Positions 18,510 through 27,672 of a stretch of DNA of 61,705 bases are shown piece by piece. Where the stretch lies: assembly GCA_038227105.1 (NCBI GenBank), contig JBBRQB010000005.1, forward strand, positions 1 to 61,705. Direction: 5' to 3'. Below the pieces are notes generated by a model. The model made no database searches, was not told where the DNA came from, and was given only the letters and a program-made list of their open reading frames with translations. Both the position numbers and the translations under genes were made by a program. This DNA comes from Candidatus Limnocylindria bacterium. GTDB lineage: Bacteria > Chloroflexota > Limnocylindria > P2-11E. Every line of letters starts with the position of its first letter. Position 1 is the stretch's first letter.

Positions 18510-19372
18510 TCGGCGCGCAGCGCCGCGGCGACATCGGCGAGCGTGAGCCGCTCCGGTGCGAGCGCGAGCTCGCGGGTCGAGCTCGCCGCGCGAAGGACGA
18601 GCTTGCGCACCTGGCGCGCGTCAAAGGCCTTGTCAGCGCACGCGCTCGCGATCGCCTGGAGCGCGGCCTCGTCGATGCGGTCGGCGGGCACCAGCTCGGA
18701 GAGGGTGTCGCGGAGGATGCGCGCGATGGCCTTCACGCCGGGCAGTCCGACCTCCTCGACGAGGTCGGCGCGGGAGAGGAACGCAACGTCCACGCCGGCT
18801 GAATGGTTCGTGGTCGCGACGAACGTCACGTTCGGGCAGCTGCGGGACACGTGGTCGACGCCGGCAAGGACCGCGTCGGTGGCGCGATGCACGTCCACCG
18901 GATTCGTCTCGAGCGAAGCTCCGGCCCGACTCACCGCCAGGGACTCGACCTCGTCCAAGAGGACGATCGTCGGGCGGCCCCGGCGCGCGAGATCGGGCAG
19001 CGTCCGCTCGAAGAGCCGAGCAACGCTGCGCTGACTCTCACCGAGCATCTGGCTCGGGAACGAGTGCGGATCGATGTCCACGAAGAGGATCGGATCCCCG
19101 AGCACGCGCGCCGCCTGATCGGCGAGGCCGCCGGCGAGGGTGGTCTTCCCCGTACCCGGCGGGCCCGCGAGCACGACGAGGCCGTGGATCGGCAGCCCGA
19201 CCGCGCTGACCCCGCCGCGGTGCTTGAGCGACAGCAGCAGGTAATTGAGCAGCCGCTCCTTGAGCTCCGGCGCCACGAAGATGCGGTCCCACCGTTCTTG
19301 CCACGCAGGGTCGGGAAGCTCCGTGATCGAGACGATCCCCTCGATCCCCGGTGGGACCTGGACGGCGGGCAT
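18506..19372 (-). CDS. AAA+ ATPase, Pch2/TRIP13-like
   Basis: Walker A GPPGTGKT, Walker B LLDEVESL, sensor 1 ATTN, DVAFLSRAD Arg finger; N-terminal LP...W..I.....K..LL.Y as in Pch2/TRIP13. Confidence 0.85.
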   Translation of the reverse strand: MPAVQVPPGIEGIVSITELPDPAWQERWDRIFVAPELKERLLNYLLLSLKHRGGVSAVGLPIHGLVVLAGPPGTGKTTLAGGLADQAARVLGDPILFVDIDPHSFPSQMLGESQRSVARLFERTLPDLARRGRPTIVLLDEVESLAVSRAGASLETNPVDVHRATDAVLAGVDHVSRSCPNVTFVATTNHSAGVDVAFLSRADLVEEVGLPGVKAIARILRDTLSELVPADRIDEAALQAIASACADKAFDARQVRKLVLRAASSTRELALAPERLTLADVAAALRAE

Positions 19373-19375
19373 GCG

Positions 19376-20422
19376 TTAGGCCCCGGGCCGCCCAGCGAAG
19401 TGCTCGGGCCCGATGAGCCGGGAGAGATCCGGTGCGTCGAGCTCAGGAAGCTCCTCGAACAGGTTCATCGGGTCGAGGAGGATCCGCATCATGTCGTAGA
19501 GCGCGTCGAAGTTGTGCACGCGGATGAGCCGCGCGGTCTTCGTCTTGTCGTCAGTGAAGTGCTGGTGCCAGGCCCAGTGGTCGACCACGATGAGGTCGCC
19601 CTCCTCCCAGGGGAAGCTCACGCCATCGAGCTCGCTGTGGCCCCGTCCGGAGACGACGTAGAGCCAGGCCTCGCCGCCGTGGCGGTGGCGCGACTGGTAG
19701 AGGCCGGGCGCGAGCTCGTGCATGACCGCGGAGAGACCCGCGGTGTGGTACCCGATGGACGTGTCGATGAGGAAGAGGCTGCGGGCACCACGCTTGGTGA
19801 TGAGCCCGCGGACGTCATCGAAGCGCGTGATGAGCCGTGCGCTGTCAGATCCCGCGAACTGCTGCGCGAGGCGCTGGGTGCGCCGGGCGAGCGGATCCGC
19901 CCCGGCGATCGCGGCGACCTGCTTGGGACGCGGTGGCAGCTTCGCGACCGGAGTGTCGCCGCCGTCCTCGAGGAGCGCGACGCCGAACTGCTCGAGCATC
20001 GGTTGCACGCTCCAGGTGTGGAAGACCGCGGTGGTGTCCGAGTCATTGCCATGGCGGTGCCAGGCCCAGCTCGGCAGGTGGATGGTGTCCCAAGGCCGCC
20101 AATCGATGCGCTGGCCGTCGATCTCGGTCCAGCCGGTGCCGGACTCGATGAACTCGATCGCGTCCCACGAGTGGCGGTGCACCGTCGTGGTCGTGTGCGG
20201 CGGGATCTCGTGCAGCGTCGCGTCCAGGTTCTTTGTCGGCTTGTCGCCGTCGTAGCCCGCGTACACGCCGCTTCGCATCCGCCGGCCGGGAACGTCATGC
20301 ATGACGACGTCGCTCCGCTTGATGACCGTCTTGTGGTAGCGCTTCCACTCGTCCAGCAGCGACTCGCGCCGCTTCTTCTGGATCTCGTAGTGGGTCACCT
20401 GGGTGGTCGTCGTCGTCTTCAT
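19376..20422 (-). CDS. Bicupin metalloprotein 2
   Basis: HRHSWD...WHRH and HRHGGE...WHQH. Confidence 0.88.
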   Translation of the reverse strand: MKTTTTTQVTHYEIQKKRRESLLDEWKRYHKTVIKRSDVVMHDVPGRRMRSGVYAGYDGDKPTKNLDATLHEIPPHTTTTVHRHSWDAIEFIESGTGWTEIDGQRIDWRPWDTIHLPSWAWHRHGNDSDTTAVFHTWSVQPMLEQFGVALLEDGGDTPVAKLPPRPKQVAAIAGADPLARRTQRLAQQFAGSDSARLITRFDDVRGLITKRGARSLFLIDTSIGYHTAGLSAVMHELAPGLYQSRHRHGGEAWLYVVSGRGHSELDGVSFPWEEGDLIVVDHWAWHQHFTDDKTKTARLIRVHNFDALYDMMRILLDPMNLFEELPELDAPDLSRLIGPEHFAGRPGA

Positions 20423-20424
20423 GA

Positions 20425-21423
20425 CTAGTGCTTCAGCGCCGGCTCACGGCCGGAGACCCGCGGCAGAACGTCACGCGCGAGCGTCTCGATCTGCTGGAGC
20501 CAGTCCGGGAAGCGCATCCGGAAGTCGAAGACGAGGAGGTCGCAGCCGATATCCTGGTACCGCTGGATGCCGCGGACGATGTCGTCGGGCGTGCCGGCGA
20601 GGATCGATCCGTCGAGCTCCTCGATCTTCGTGAACTCGCCGGATTCGGGCTTGTTCCACCACTTCTGGGCGTTCGCGTTCTTGATGAGGCCTGGCACGTT
20701 CATCCGGTCGGTGGCGGCCTGGTAGGACGTGTCGATGCTCGTCACCGGCACGGCGCCGGTCATGATCATCGGCTTGCCCTGCTTCTCGGCCATCTGTTTG
20801 ATCTTCTTCACCCGCTCCTCGTACGTCGGGAACGTGATGCGGCCGGGGATCCAACCCTCGCAGAAGTCCACCGCAAGCCGCGCGGAGGCCGGCGTCGCAC
20901 CGCCCCACCACACCGGTACCGGGTGCACCGGCTGCGGCTTGAGGTCCACGTCAGCGAAGTTGTAGAGGTCGCTGTGCCATTCGACGGTCTCCCCCGCCCA
21001 GAGCTTTCGCGCGATGAGGACGTGCTCCTTCATCATCGCGGGACGGTCGACCGAGCTCTGCCCGATGACGTCGAACTCGTGCTGGAAGTTGCCGGAGCCG
21101 ATGCCGAGGTCGAACTTCCTGCGGGTCATCCAGGACATCGAGGCGACGCTGTAGGCCATGTGCAGCGGGTTGCGGAACGGGATGATCGTCGCGGCGCCGA
21201 GACCGATCTTCTCCGTCACGCCCGCCAGATAGGTCAGCGCGACGAACGGCTCGATGAACGTGCGGTCGGTCCCCTCCATGCCGTGCGGATGGAACACGAG
21301 GTGATCGCGCACCCACAGGGAGTCGAAGCCGAGGCGGTCCGCGAGCTGCGCACCCTGGATGAGCAGGTCCTGGTCAGCCTCGACACCGAAGTGCGGGATG
21401 AGCAGGCCGAAGCGCGTGGTCAT
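20425..21423 (-). CDS. LLM-class flavin/F420-dependent oxidoreductase
   Basis: GFDSLWVRDH, LGIGSG, PVWWGG; ATG 21423 with GAAGGAG RBS. Confidence 0.88.
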   Translation of the reverse strand: MTTRFGLLIPHFGVEADQDLLIQGAQLADRLGFDSLWVRDHLVFHPHGMEGTDRTFIEPFVALTYLAGVTEKIGLGAATIIPFRNPLHMAYSVASMSWMTRRKFDLGIGSGNFQHEFDVIGQSSVDRPAMMKEHVLIARKLWAGETVEWHSDLYNFADVDLKPQPVHPVPVWWGGATPASARLAVDFCEGWIPGRITFPTYEERVKKIKQMAEKQGKPMIMTGAVPVTSIDTSYQAATDRMNVPGLIKNANAQKWWNKPESGEFTKIEELDGSILAGTPDDIVRGIQRYQDIGCDLLVFDFRMRFPDWLQQIETLARDVLPRVSGREPALKH

Positions 21424-21531
21424 GGCCGGGTCTCCTTCCGTGGGCGGTGTCCGCGTGCCGTGCTCAAGACCGAAGGTCGCGCGCCCGACGTCCCCGGCAT
21501 GTGGCCGGGGACGTCGAGCCAACGAGCGGAG

Positions 21532-22608
21532 CTACTTCGTCGGGATGCTGTACTTCGCGTAGAAGCCGCCGTCGACGAGCTTCTGGAGGAACGACAGGTC
21601 GTAGCACTTCTTGAGATCGACGCCCGCCACGGGCGGGTTCACGCTCGAGAGCACTTCCTTCGGCGCCACGAACGCTTCTTCGGTGAAGATCATCGAGCGC
21701 AGGCCGTAGTCGAGGAAGCCCTTCACGGCGGTCACCGCGTCGGCCGGCTTGAGCTGGGCCGCGTCGGCGAACTTCACGGCGACATCCGCGTTGTTCGTCC
21801 AGAAGTAGTTCTGCGCGCGCACAGTCGCGGCGACGACGTTCAGGACCGTGTTCGGGTTCTTCGCGACGAAGTCGGCGCGCGCCATGAGACCGCTACGGCC
21901 CCACTGGCCACCCTTGGTCACATCGACGATGAGGTTGTTCCCCGCCGCCTTGAGCTTGTCGTCGTTCACCAGCCCGGCCATGATGCAATCGATCGAGCCG
22001 CCGAGGAGCGCCGCGATCCGCGTGCCCTCGCCGCCGACCTCTTTGATCACGACATCCTTGTTCGTGTAGTTCAGGAGCCTGACGGCGATGAGCGCCGAGC
22101 CGTGCGACGTGCCACCGAACGTGCTGATGGCGATCGCCTTGCCCTTGACGTCAGCCGCGGTCTTGATGGTCGACTTGCAGTAGAGACCGTCGGTGTTCAG
22201 GACACTGTTGACCGAAAGGACCTTCAACGGCGTGTCGGTGAGCTGCGACGAGATGGCCGAGGTGACGCCACCGACGAAGAAGTCGAGCTGACCGGCGACG
22301 AGCGCCTGAAGGGCCTTCCCGTCACCCTCGAAGCCGGTCACGGTCACGGAGGTGATGCCGAGCTCCTTGTAATAGCCGAGCGTGTCGGCAAGACGTTCCG
22401 CGTACTGCACGGGCTCCGTCGGCGCGCTAATGCCGATGCGGATCGTGGTCAGCTCGGGCTTGGGCAGCGCGCCCTGCGCCGCTGATGCGCTCGCCGCCGG
22501 GGCGGGCGTTGCGCTGGGGGCGGTCGTGCCGCCGCCGCACGCAGCGGCAACGAGACCGATCGCCGTGATGGCCGCGAGGAACCTAACGAGCTTGAGGTTT
22601 GAGATCAT
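21532..22608 (-). CDS. NitT/TauT ABC substrate-binding lipoprotein
   Basis: Signal peptide with lipobox AAAC, ADVKGK, RIAALLGGSID. Confidence 0.88.
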   Translation of the reverse strand: MISNLKLVRFLAAITAIGLVAAACGGGTTAPSATPAPAASASAAQGALPKPELTTIRIGISAPTEPVQYAERLADTLGYYKELGITSVTVTGFEGDGKALQALVAGQLDFFVGGVTSAISSQLTDTPLKVLSVNSVLNTDGLYCKSTIKTAADVKGKAIAISTFGGTSHGSALIAVRLLNYTNKDVVIKEVGGEGTRIAALLGGSIDCIMAGLVNDDKLKAAGNNLIVDVTKGGQWGRSGLMARADFVAKNPNTVLNVVAATVRAQNYFWTNNADVAVKFADAAQLKPADAVTAVKGFLDYGLRSMIFTEEAFVAPKEVLSSVNPPVAGVDLKKCYDLSFLQKLVDGGFYAKYSIPTK

Positions 22609-22681
22609 CGCTCTACACCCCTTCATCTCGGCCCGGCCCACCGCCGGACGCGCTGAAAATGTAGCCGAGCGAGGCTACATC

Positions 22682-22701
22682 GTCCACAATTTTGTATGGA
22701 C
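22682..22701. promoter_or_regulatory. Imperfect inverted repeat GTCCACAATTTTGTATGGAC (candidate GntR site)
   Basis: AT-rich dyad upstream of the binding-protein gene; CATACAA half-site also at 28983. Confidence 0.4.
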
Positions 22702-22714
22702 AGTTGCCACCCGG

Positions 22715-23542
22715 CTAGTGGATCTCCTGGCGCCAGACCTCGTAGCGCTTCTCGATCCGGCGCACGCCCTCACCGAGCAGGACCCCGAAGAGGCCGAGGA
22801 GCACGATGCCGAGCATGACGCGGGACGTCTGCAGGAACGCGCCATTCTCCTCGATGTAGTGGCCGATGCCCGCGTTCGCCGCGAGCTCCTCCGCCACGAT
22901 CACACCGACGAGCGCTCGGCCGGTCGCGATGCGGAGGCCGGTCAGCAGGAACGGGAACGTGCTGGGGAGGATCACCGACCGGAACTGCAGCCAGCGCGAG
23001 GCGCCGAAGCTGCGCGCGATGTCGCGGTGCCGCTCGGCCGCTGACTTCACACCCGCGACCGTGCTCACGATGAGCGAGAAGAAGGTCAGCAGGAACACCA
23101 AGATGACCTTCGACTCGAGGCCGATCCCCGCCACGAGGATGATCAGTGGAGCGATCGCCGCCTTCGGCGTCGAGTAGATGCCGAACAGCAGGTAGCTCAC
23201 GAAGTACTCGACTCGGCGGAACATCCCGATAGCAAGACCGAGCGGTATCCCGACGGCGGCGGCGGCGAAGAACCCGAGGAAGAACTCGATACCGCTCGAC
23301 CAGAGGTCGTCCAAGATCTTGCCCGAACCGAAGTCCTGCACCGCCGCGGTGAACACCAAGGACGGCACGCTGAGCAGCGACCGGCGATAGAGGCCGAAGT
23401 CCCCGGCGGCCTCCCAGATCAGGGCGACCACGACGAAGCCGAGGATCCCGTAGAAGAGGCGCTCGTTCGAATTGATGAGCTTGCGCAGCGGACCCGGGCC
23501 CGCCGGGCGCAACGGAGTGGATCCGATCGAGACCGTCGCCAC
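22715..23542 (-). CDS. ABC permease (NitT/TauT)
   Basis: ARSFGAS EAA-loop, LTGLR, GVIVAEE. Confidence 0.9.
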   Translation of the reverse strand: MATVSIGSTPLRPAGPGPLRKLINSNERLFYGILGFVVVALIWEAAGDFGLYRRSLLSVPSLVFTAAVQDFGSGKILDDLWSSGIEFFLGFFAAAAVGIPLGLAIGMFRRVEYFVSYLLFGIYSTPKAAIAPLIILVAGIGLESKVILVFLLTFFSLIVSTVAGVKSAAERHRDIARSFGASRWLQFRSVILPSTFPFLLTGLRIATGRALVGVIVAEELAANAGIGHYIEENGAFLQTSRVMLGIVLLGLFGVLLGEGVRRIEKRYEVWRQEIH

Positions 23543-23544
23543 GC

Positions 23545-24336
23545 TCAGGCCACCTGCGTCGCAGCGGTCACGGCATGCTGGGACAACAGCTTCCAGATCT
23601 GCGCTTCATAAGCGACGAATGCCGGCTCGCGCTTGACCTCGAGCGGCCGCGGCCGGGGAATGTCGATCTTGATGTCGGCGAGGATGCGGCCCGGCCGTGC
23701 CGACATGACGATGACCCGATCCGAGAGGTACACCGCTTCATCGATCTGATGCGTCACGAAGACCACCGTCTTCCGCGCCGCGTTCCAGATGCGGAGGAGC
23801 TCGGCCTGCATCACCTCGCGCGTCTGGGCGTCCAGCGACGCGAAGGGCTCGTCCATGAGCAGGATCGGCGTGTCGACGGCGAGCGCCCGCGCGAGATTGG
23901 CGCGCTGCTGCATGCCACCGGACAGCTGGTACGGGTACTTCGTTTCGAACCCCTGAAGGCCAACGAGCTCCACGAGCGGGGCAGCGCGGCGCCGCGCCTC
24001 GTCGTTCTTGACGCCGGCGCAGACCAAGCCGTAGGCCACGTTGTCGATCACCGAGTACCACGGGAAGAGCGCGGCGTCCTGGAAGACCATCGCGTCCTCA
24101 CGCCCCTTGCCGGTGCCACGAAGCTTGATCTCCCCGGCTGTGGCTTTCAGCAGACCGTTGACGATCTTGAGGAAGGTCGACTTGCCGCAGCCGCTCGGCC
24201 CCAGGATGCTCACGAACTCGCCATCCGCGATGTCGAGGTCCATCCCTTCGATCGCCACGAGCCGTGCCTGCGAGCTGCGATCGCGGTATTCCATGCGGAC
24301 GCCCCGGGCGCTCAGCGCCAGCTCTGAAGTCGTCAC
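23545..24336 (-). CDS. ABC ATP-binding protein
   Basis: GPSGCGKST, LSGGMQQR, LLMDEPF, VTH. Confidence 0.93.
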   Translation of the reverse strand: MTTSELALSARGVRMEYRDRSSQARLVAIEGMDLDIADGEFVSILGPSGCGKSTFLKIVNGLLKATAGEIKLRGTGKGREDAMVFQDAALFPWYSVIDNVAYGLVCAGVKNDEARRRAAPLVELVGLQGFETKYPYQLSGGMQQRANLARALAVDTPILLMDEPFASLDAQTREVMQAELLRIWNAARKTVVFVTHQIDEAVYLSDRVIVMSARPGRILADIKIDIPRPRPLEVKREPAFVAYEAQIWKLLSQHAVTAATQVA

Positions 24337-24337
24337 G

Positions 24338-25201
24338 TTACGGCCCCTCCTCGAGATCCACGTTCGCGCTCGGACGCCAACGCTGGAAACGATGCTCGAT
24401 GCGTCCGGCAAGCTCTGTGGTCAGGACACCCATGAGCGTGAAGATCAGGACGCCGAACAGCATGCGACCACTGTCGAGGACGTCCGCCGCGCGGTCGATC
24501 ATCACCCCGATGCCCTCGGTCTGCGCGTAGAGCTCGGCGACGACCACACCGATGAGCAGGCGCCCCAGCGCCAGCCGGACACCGGTCGCGATGAACGGGA
24601 TCGTCGCCGGGATGACGATCGAGGTGAACAGGCGACGCTGTGACGCGCGAAAGCTGTGACCGACATCGAGAAGCTGCTGATCGACGGTCCGGACGCCCTC
24701 GACCGTCGGCAGGATGATCGAGAAGAAGCCACCGAGGAACACGATGACGATCTTCATCTCGATCCCGAGGCCGACCCACAGGACGACGAGCGGGATCAGC
24801 GCGGGGCGCGGGATCGCGTTCAGGAAGTTCAGCCAGGGGTCGAAGGAGAACGAGAGGCGGCGGTACCAGCCGATCAGGAGACCCAGCGGCACCGCCAGCA
24901 CAAGCGATGCGATGAACCCGACGGTCACTTCCGTCAGGCTGTAGCGGACGTCGTTCCAGAAGCGCGACTTTTGGACCTCCGCCACGGCCGCGGCGAAAAC
25001 GCCGGCCGGGGAGCTGAAGAACAGGTCATTGATGAGACCGAGGTTCGACAGGACCTGCCAGAGGACGAAGAACGTGACCAGACCGCTGAGGCCCAGGGCC
25101 GCTCGTTCGTTGCGCCGGTACCACCGGCCGAGCGCGGACCGGCGTCGCCGGGCGCGCGGCCGGATCACTCGATAGGTGGCGACGGCATCCGCGGACTGCA
25201 C
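24338..25201 (-). CDS. ABC permease (NitT/TauT)
   Basis: GHSFRAS EAA-loop, ATGVR, GVVVAEL. Confidence 0.9.
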   Translation of the reverse strand: MQSADAVATYRVIRPRARRRRSALGRWYRRNERAALGLSGLVTFFVLWQVLSNLGLINDLFFSSPAGVFAAAVAEVQKSRFWNDVRYSLTEVTVGFIASLVLAVPLGLLIGWYRRLSFSFDPWLNFLNAIPRPALIPLVVLWVGLGIEMKIVIVFLGGFFSIILPTVEGVRTVDQQLLDVGHSFRASQRRLFTSIVIPATIPFIATGVRLALGRLLIGVVVAELYAQTEGIGVMIDRAADVLDSGRMLFGVLIFTLMGVLTTELAGRIEHRFQRWRPSANVDLEEGP

Positions 25202-25342
25202 GGATCAACTCCTCGGGTTACGCGCATCCCACTCGCGACTGCCGGGCAATGTACGGGCGGAACGAACACAAAGTCAATCGGTTTGTGCGCAGCCGGAGCC
25301 AAATCGGACTCAGCCCGCTGGCCAGCCGTACGCTCGGAGCGC

Positions 25343-26167
25343 ATGAAGACGATCGACGTCGACGGGCAGCCGGTCGCGTATGAGCTCCGCGGGAGCGGCG
25401 TCCCTCTCGTCCTCGTGACGGGCACCGGCTACCCCGGCGCGACGTGGCCGCCCGCGTTCGTCGAGCCGCTCCTCCAGCGGCACAGCGTCCTCATCTTCGA
25501 TCATCGCGGGACCGGTGCGACACCTGCCGGCACCGAGCATCTCTCGACGCGGCTCTTCGCCCGTGACGCGGTCGGTCTCATGGATGCCTTGGATCTGGAA
25601 GCGGCCCACGTCCTCGGCCACTCGATGGGCGGCCGGGTCGCGCAGTGGATGGCGCTCGACCGTCCAGAGCGCGTCCGCAGCCTCATCCTCGCCGCAACGG
25701 GACCCGGTCAGTACCGCGACGACACGCCGGTGACGCGCGGCATCCCGCTGCGCCACGCGAAAGAGCTCATCGAGATGGGCTATGAGCGGTACATGCGCGA
25801 GCACATCGAGCTGACGTTCTTCACGCCGGAGTTCGCGGCGTCGCACCCCGAGGTCGTCGACTGGCTGTTCGAGGCGTACTGGGCCCACCGTCCCGACGTC
25901 GAAAGCTACCTACGGCACATCGTCGCGCGTCAGGAGCACCAGACCGCGCACCGGCTGGCGGAGATCACCCCGCCGACACTCGTGCTGATCGGGGACCGCG
26001 ACACCCTGGCGATGGGCACCGGCGTGCACACCGAACAATCGGATTACCTCGCGGCACACATACCGAACGCGACGAAGCTCGTCATCACCGGCGCAGCGCA
26101 CGGCTACTTCTGGCAGGACCCCGAGGCCACCGTCAGAAGCGTGCTCGAGTGGACCGCGGCGCACTGA
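25343..26167 (+). CDS. Alpha/beta hydrolase
   Basis: DHRGTG, GHSMGG nucleophile elbow, GDRD, GAAH; ATG 25343 with GGAG RBS. Confidence 0.9.
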   Translation: MKTIDVDGQPVAYELRGSGVPLVLVTGTGYPGATWPPAFVEPLLQRHSVLIFDHRGTGATPAGTEHLSTRLFARDAVGLMDALDLEAAHVLGHSMGGRVAQWMALDRPERVRSLILAATGPGQYRDDTPVTRGIPLRHAKELIEMGYERYMREHIELTFFTPEFAASHPEVVDWLFEAYWAHRPDVESYLRHIVARQEHQTAHRLAEITPPTLVLIGDRDTLAMGTGVHTEQSDYLAAHIPNATKLVITGAAHGYFWQDPEATVRSVLEWTAAH

Positions 26168-26170
26168 CCG

Positions 26171-27436
26171 CTACGCACTGACGCGCGCGGAAAACCGGAC
26201 CGGGTAGCGCAGCCACCGCGTGAACCGCTCGGTGCGCAGGTCGCGCTCCGGCGAAGCGTCCGGATCGGGCCCGATCCCCCGCTGCGCGACCGCCCGCAGC
26301 TCGAGCGCGACGAGGCCATAGACGTGGTCGTCGGCCACCTCGAACGAGTCGGGCACCGGGAAGCCGCCGCCGACGGAACGGCCGGGACACTGATGCGCAC
26401 CGGCGCCGAACGAGAGGCCCCAGCGGGCGACGTTCGAGTCGATCGTCCGGTCAGGATCGAATTCGTCCGGGCGGTCGCCGAAGAGCTTCGGATCGCGATT
26501 GCCGCTCGTGATATCGAGGACGACCTGCGCGTCCTTCGGGATGCGGACACCGGCGATCTCGGTGTCAACCTCAGCACGCCGTTTCATCTTGGGCGTCGTC
26601 GGCCGGAGCCGCAAGGTCTCGAGGACGACGCGCTGGGCGAAGAGGAGGTCGGCCGTGATGCGCTCGACGATCGCCGCCCGGTCGTCGCGCGCGAAGATGA
26701 GGTCGAAGCAGTTGACGAGGGTCTGGGCGCTCGTGTGCGTCCCACCCTGGAGGTACGTGGCCACCTCGCGGACGATGCGCCCATCGTCGAGCGCTAGTGA
26801 CGGATCCTCCGCGTGGAGCAGGAGCACGGTGTGGATGTCCTGCGGGAGCTCCTCCAGAGGGAGGCCGCCGCCACGGGAGCGTGCGATCAGCGCCTGCCGG
26901 GCGACCCGCGACGGTCCCATGAAGTCGTGCTCGAGCTCGGCGTAGGTCTGCCGCACGAGCGTCCGCACGGCCTCCGGATCCTTCGCGTCGAGGATCGCGC
27001 TGCCCTGCGAAAGCACGTCGACGTGGTGAACCAGCGCGCGCAGGGCCTCGAGCGATCCGTCGTGGTCGATCCCCGCGCGACGCGCGGCGAGAACGACGCT
27101 CAGGGTCTCGCCGATCTGGAACAGATCCACGCGCTCGCGATCGACGAGCACGTCGAGCAGGTCGTTCATGACTGGAGGGAACAGCTCCCGTTCGTAGAGA
27201 CGCAGGACCTCGGCGCGAAACTGCGTGTTCTCCACGCGCCGGCGGGCGCGATGCGTCGCGCCGTGAGTGATGCTCACGACGCCGTCGCGGATGTTGCCGT
27301 GATCGTACGGGCGCTTGTCGAAGCTGCGCGAGAGATTGAGGTCGAACAGCGCTGCGCGGATGTCCGCGTAGCGGTCGAACAGGATCGTGTCTGTAAATTC
27401 GGTCAGCACACCCTCGTCATGGCCCGCCTCGCTCAT
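26171..27436 (-). CDS. Cytochrome P450 (atypical)
   Basis: ETLR, FDPDR, heme motif FGAGAHQCPG. Confidence 0.9.
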   Translation of the reverse strand: MSEAGHDEGVLTEFTDTILFDRYADIRAALFDLNLSRSFDKRPYDHGNIRDGVVSITHGATHRARRRVENTQFRAEVLRLYERELFPPVMNDLLDVLVDRERVDLFQIGETLSVVLAARRAGIDHDGSLEALRALVHHVDVLSQGSAILDAKDPEAVRTLVRQTYAELEHDFMGPSRVARQALIARSRGGGLPLEELPQDIHTVLLLHAEDPSLALDDGRIVREVATYLQGGTHTSAQTLVNCFDLIFARDDRAAIVERITADLLFAQRVVLETLRLRPTTPKMKRRAEVDTEIAGVRIPKDAQVVLDITSGNRDPKLFGDRPDEFDPDRTIDSNVARWGLSFGAGAHQCPGRSVGGGFPVPDSFEVADDHVYGLVALELRAVAQRGIGPDPDASPERDLRTERFTRWLRYPVRFSARVSA

Positions 27437-27672
27437 CGCCCACCCTCCGCATCCGGTACCGGCTCGCCATCCGCATCGAGGATCTCGATCGCGTGCGTCG
27501 GGCAATTGCTGCGGGCGCGGAGGAGCAGTCCACGGTCGGCACTGTGCGCGCCCGGCTGTGGCACCGAGACACCGAGTGACTCAGCGATGCGGAACGCGGC
27601 GGGCAGCAGCCGCACGCAATCACCGGAGCCGATGCAAAGCTCAGGGTCGACGGTCACCTGGGGCTCGCTCAT
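27433..27672 (-). CDS. [3Fe-4S]-type ferredoxin
   Basis: CIGSGDC...CPTHAI; its stop overlaps the P450 start. Confidence 0.88.
   Translation of the reverse strand: MSEPQVTVDPELCIGSGDCVRLLPAAFRIAESLGVSVPQPGAHSADRGLLLRARSNCPTHAIEILDADGEPVPDAEGGR

Noticed and set aside
18506-19372. CBASS type III defence system (Cap6)
   Set aside because: No CD-NTase, HORMA or effector genes are recognisable; the neighbours are metabolic
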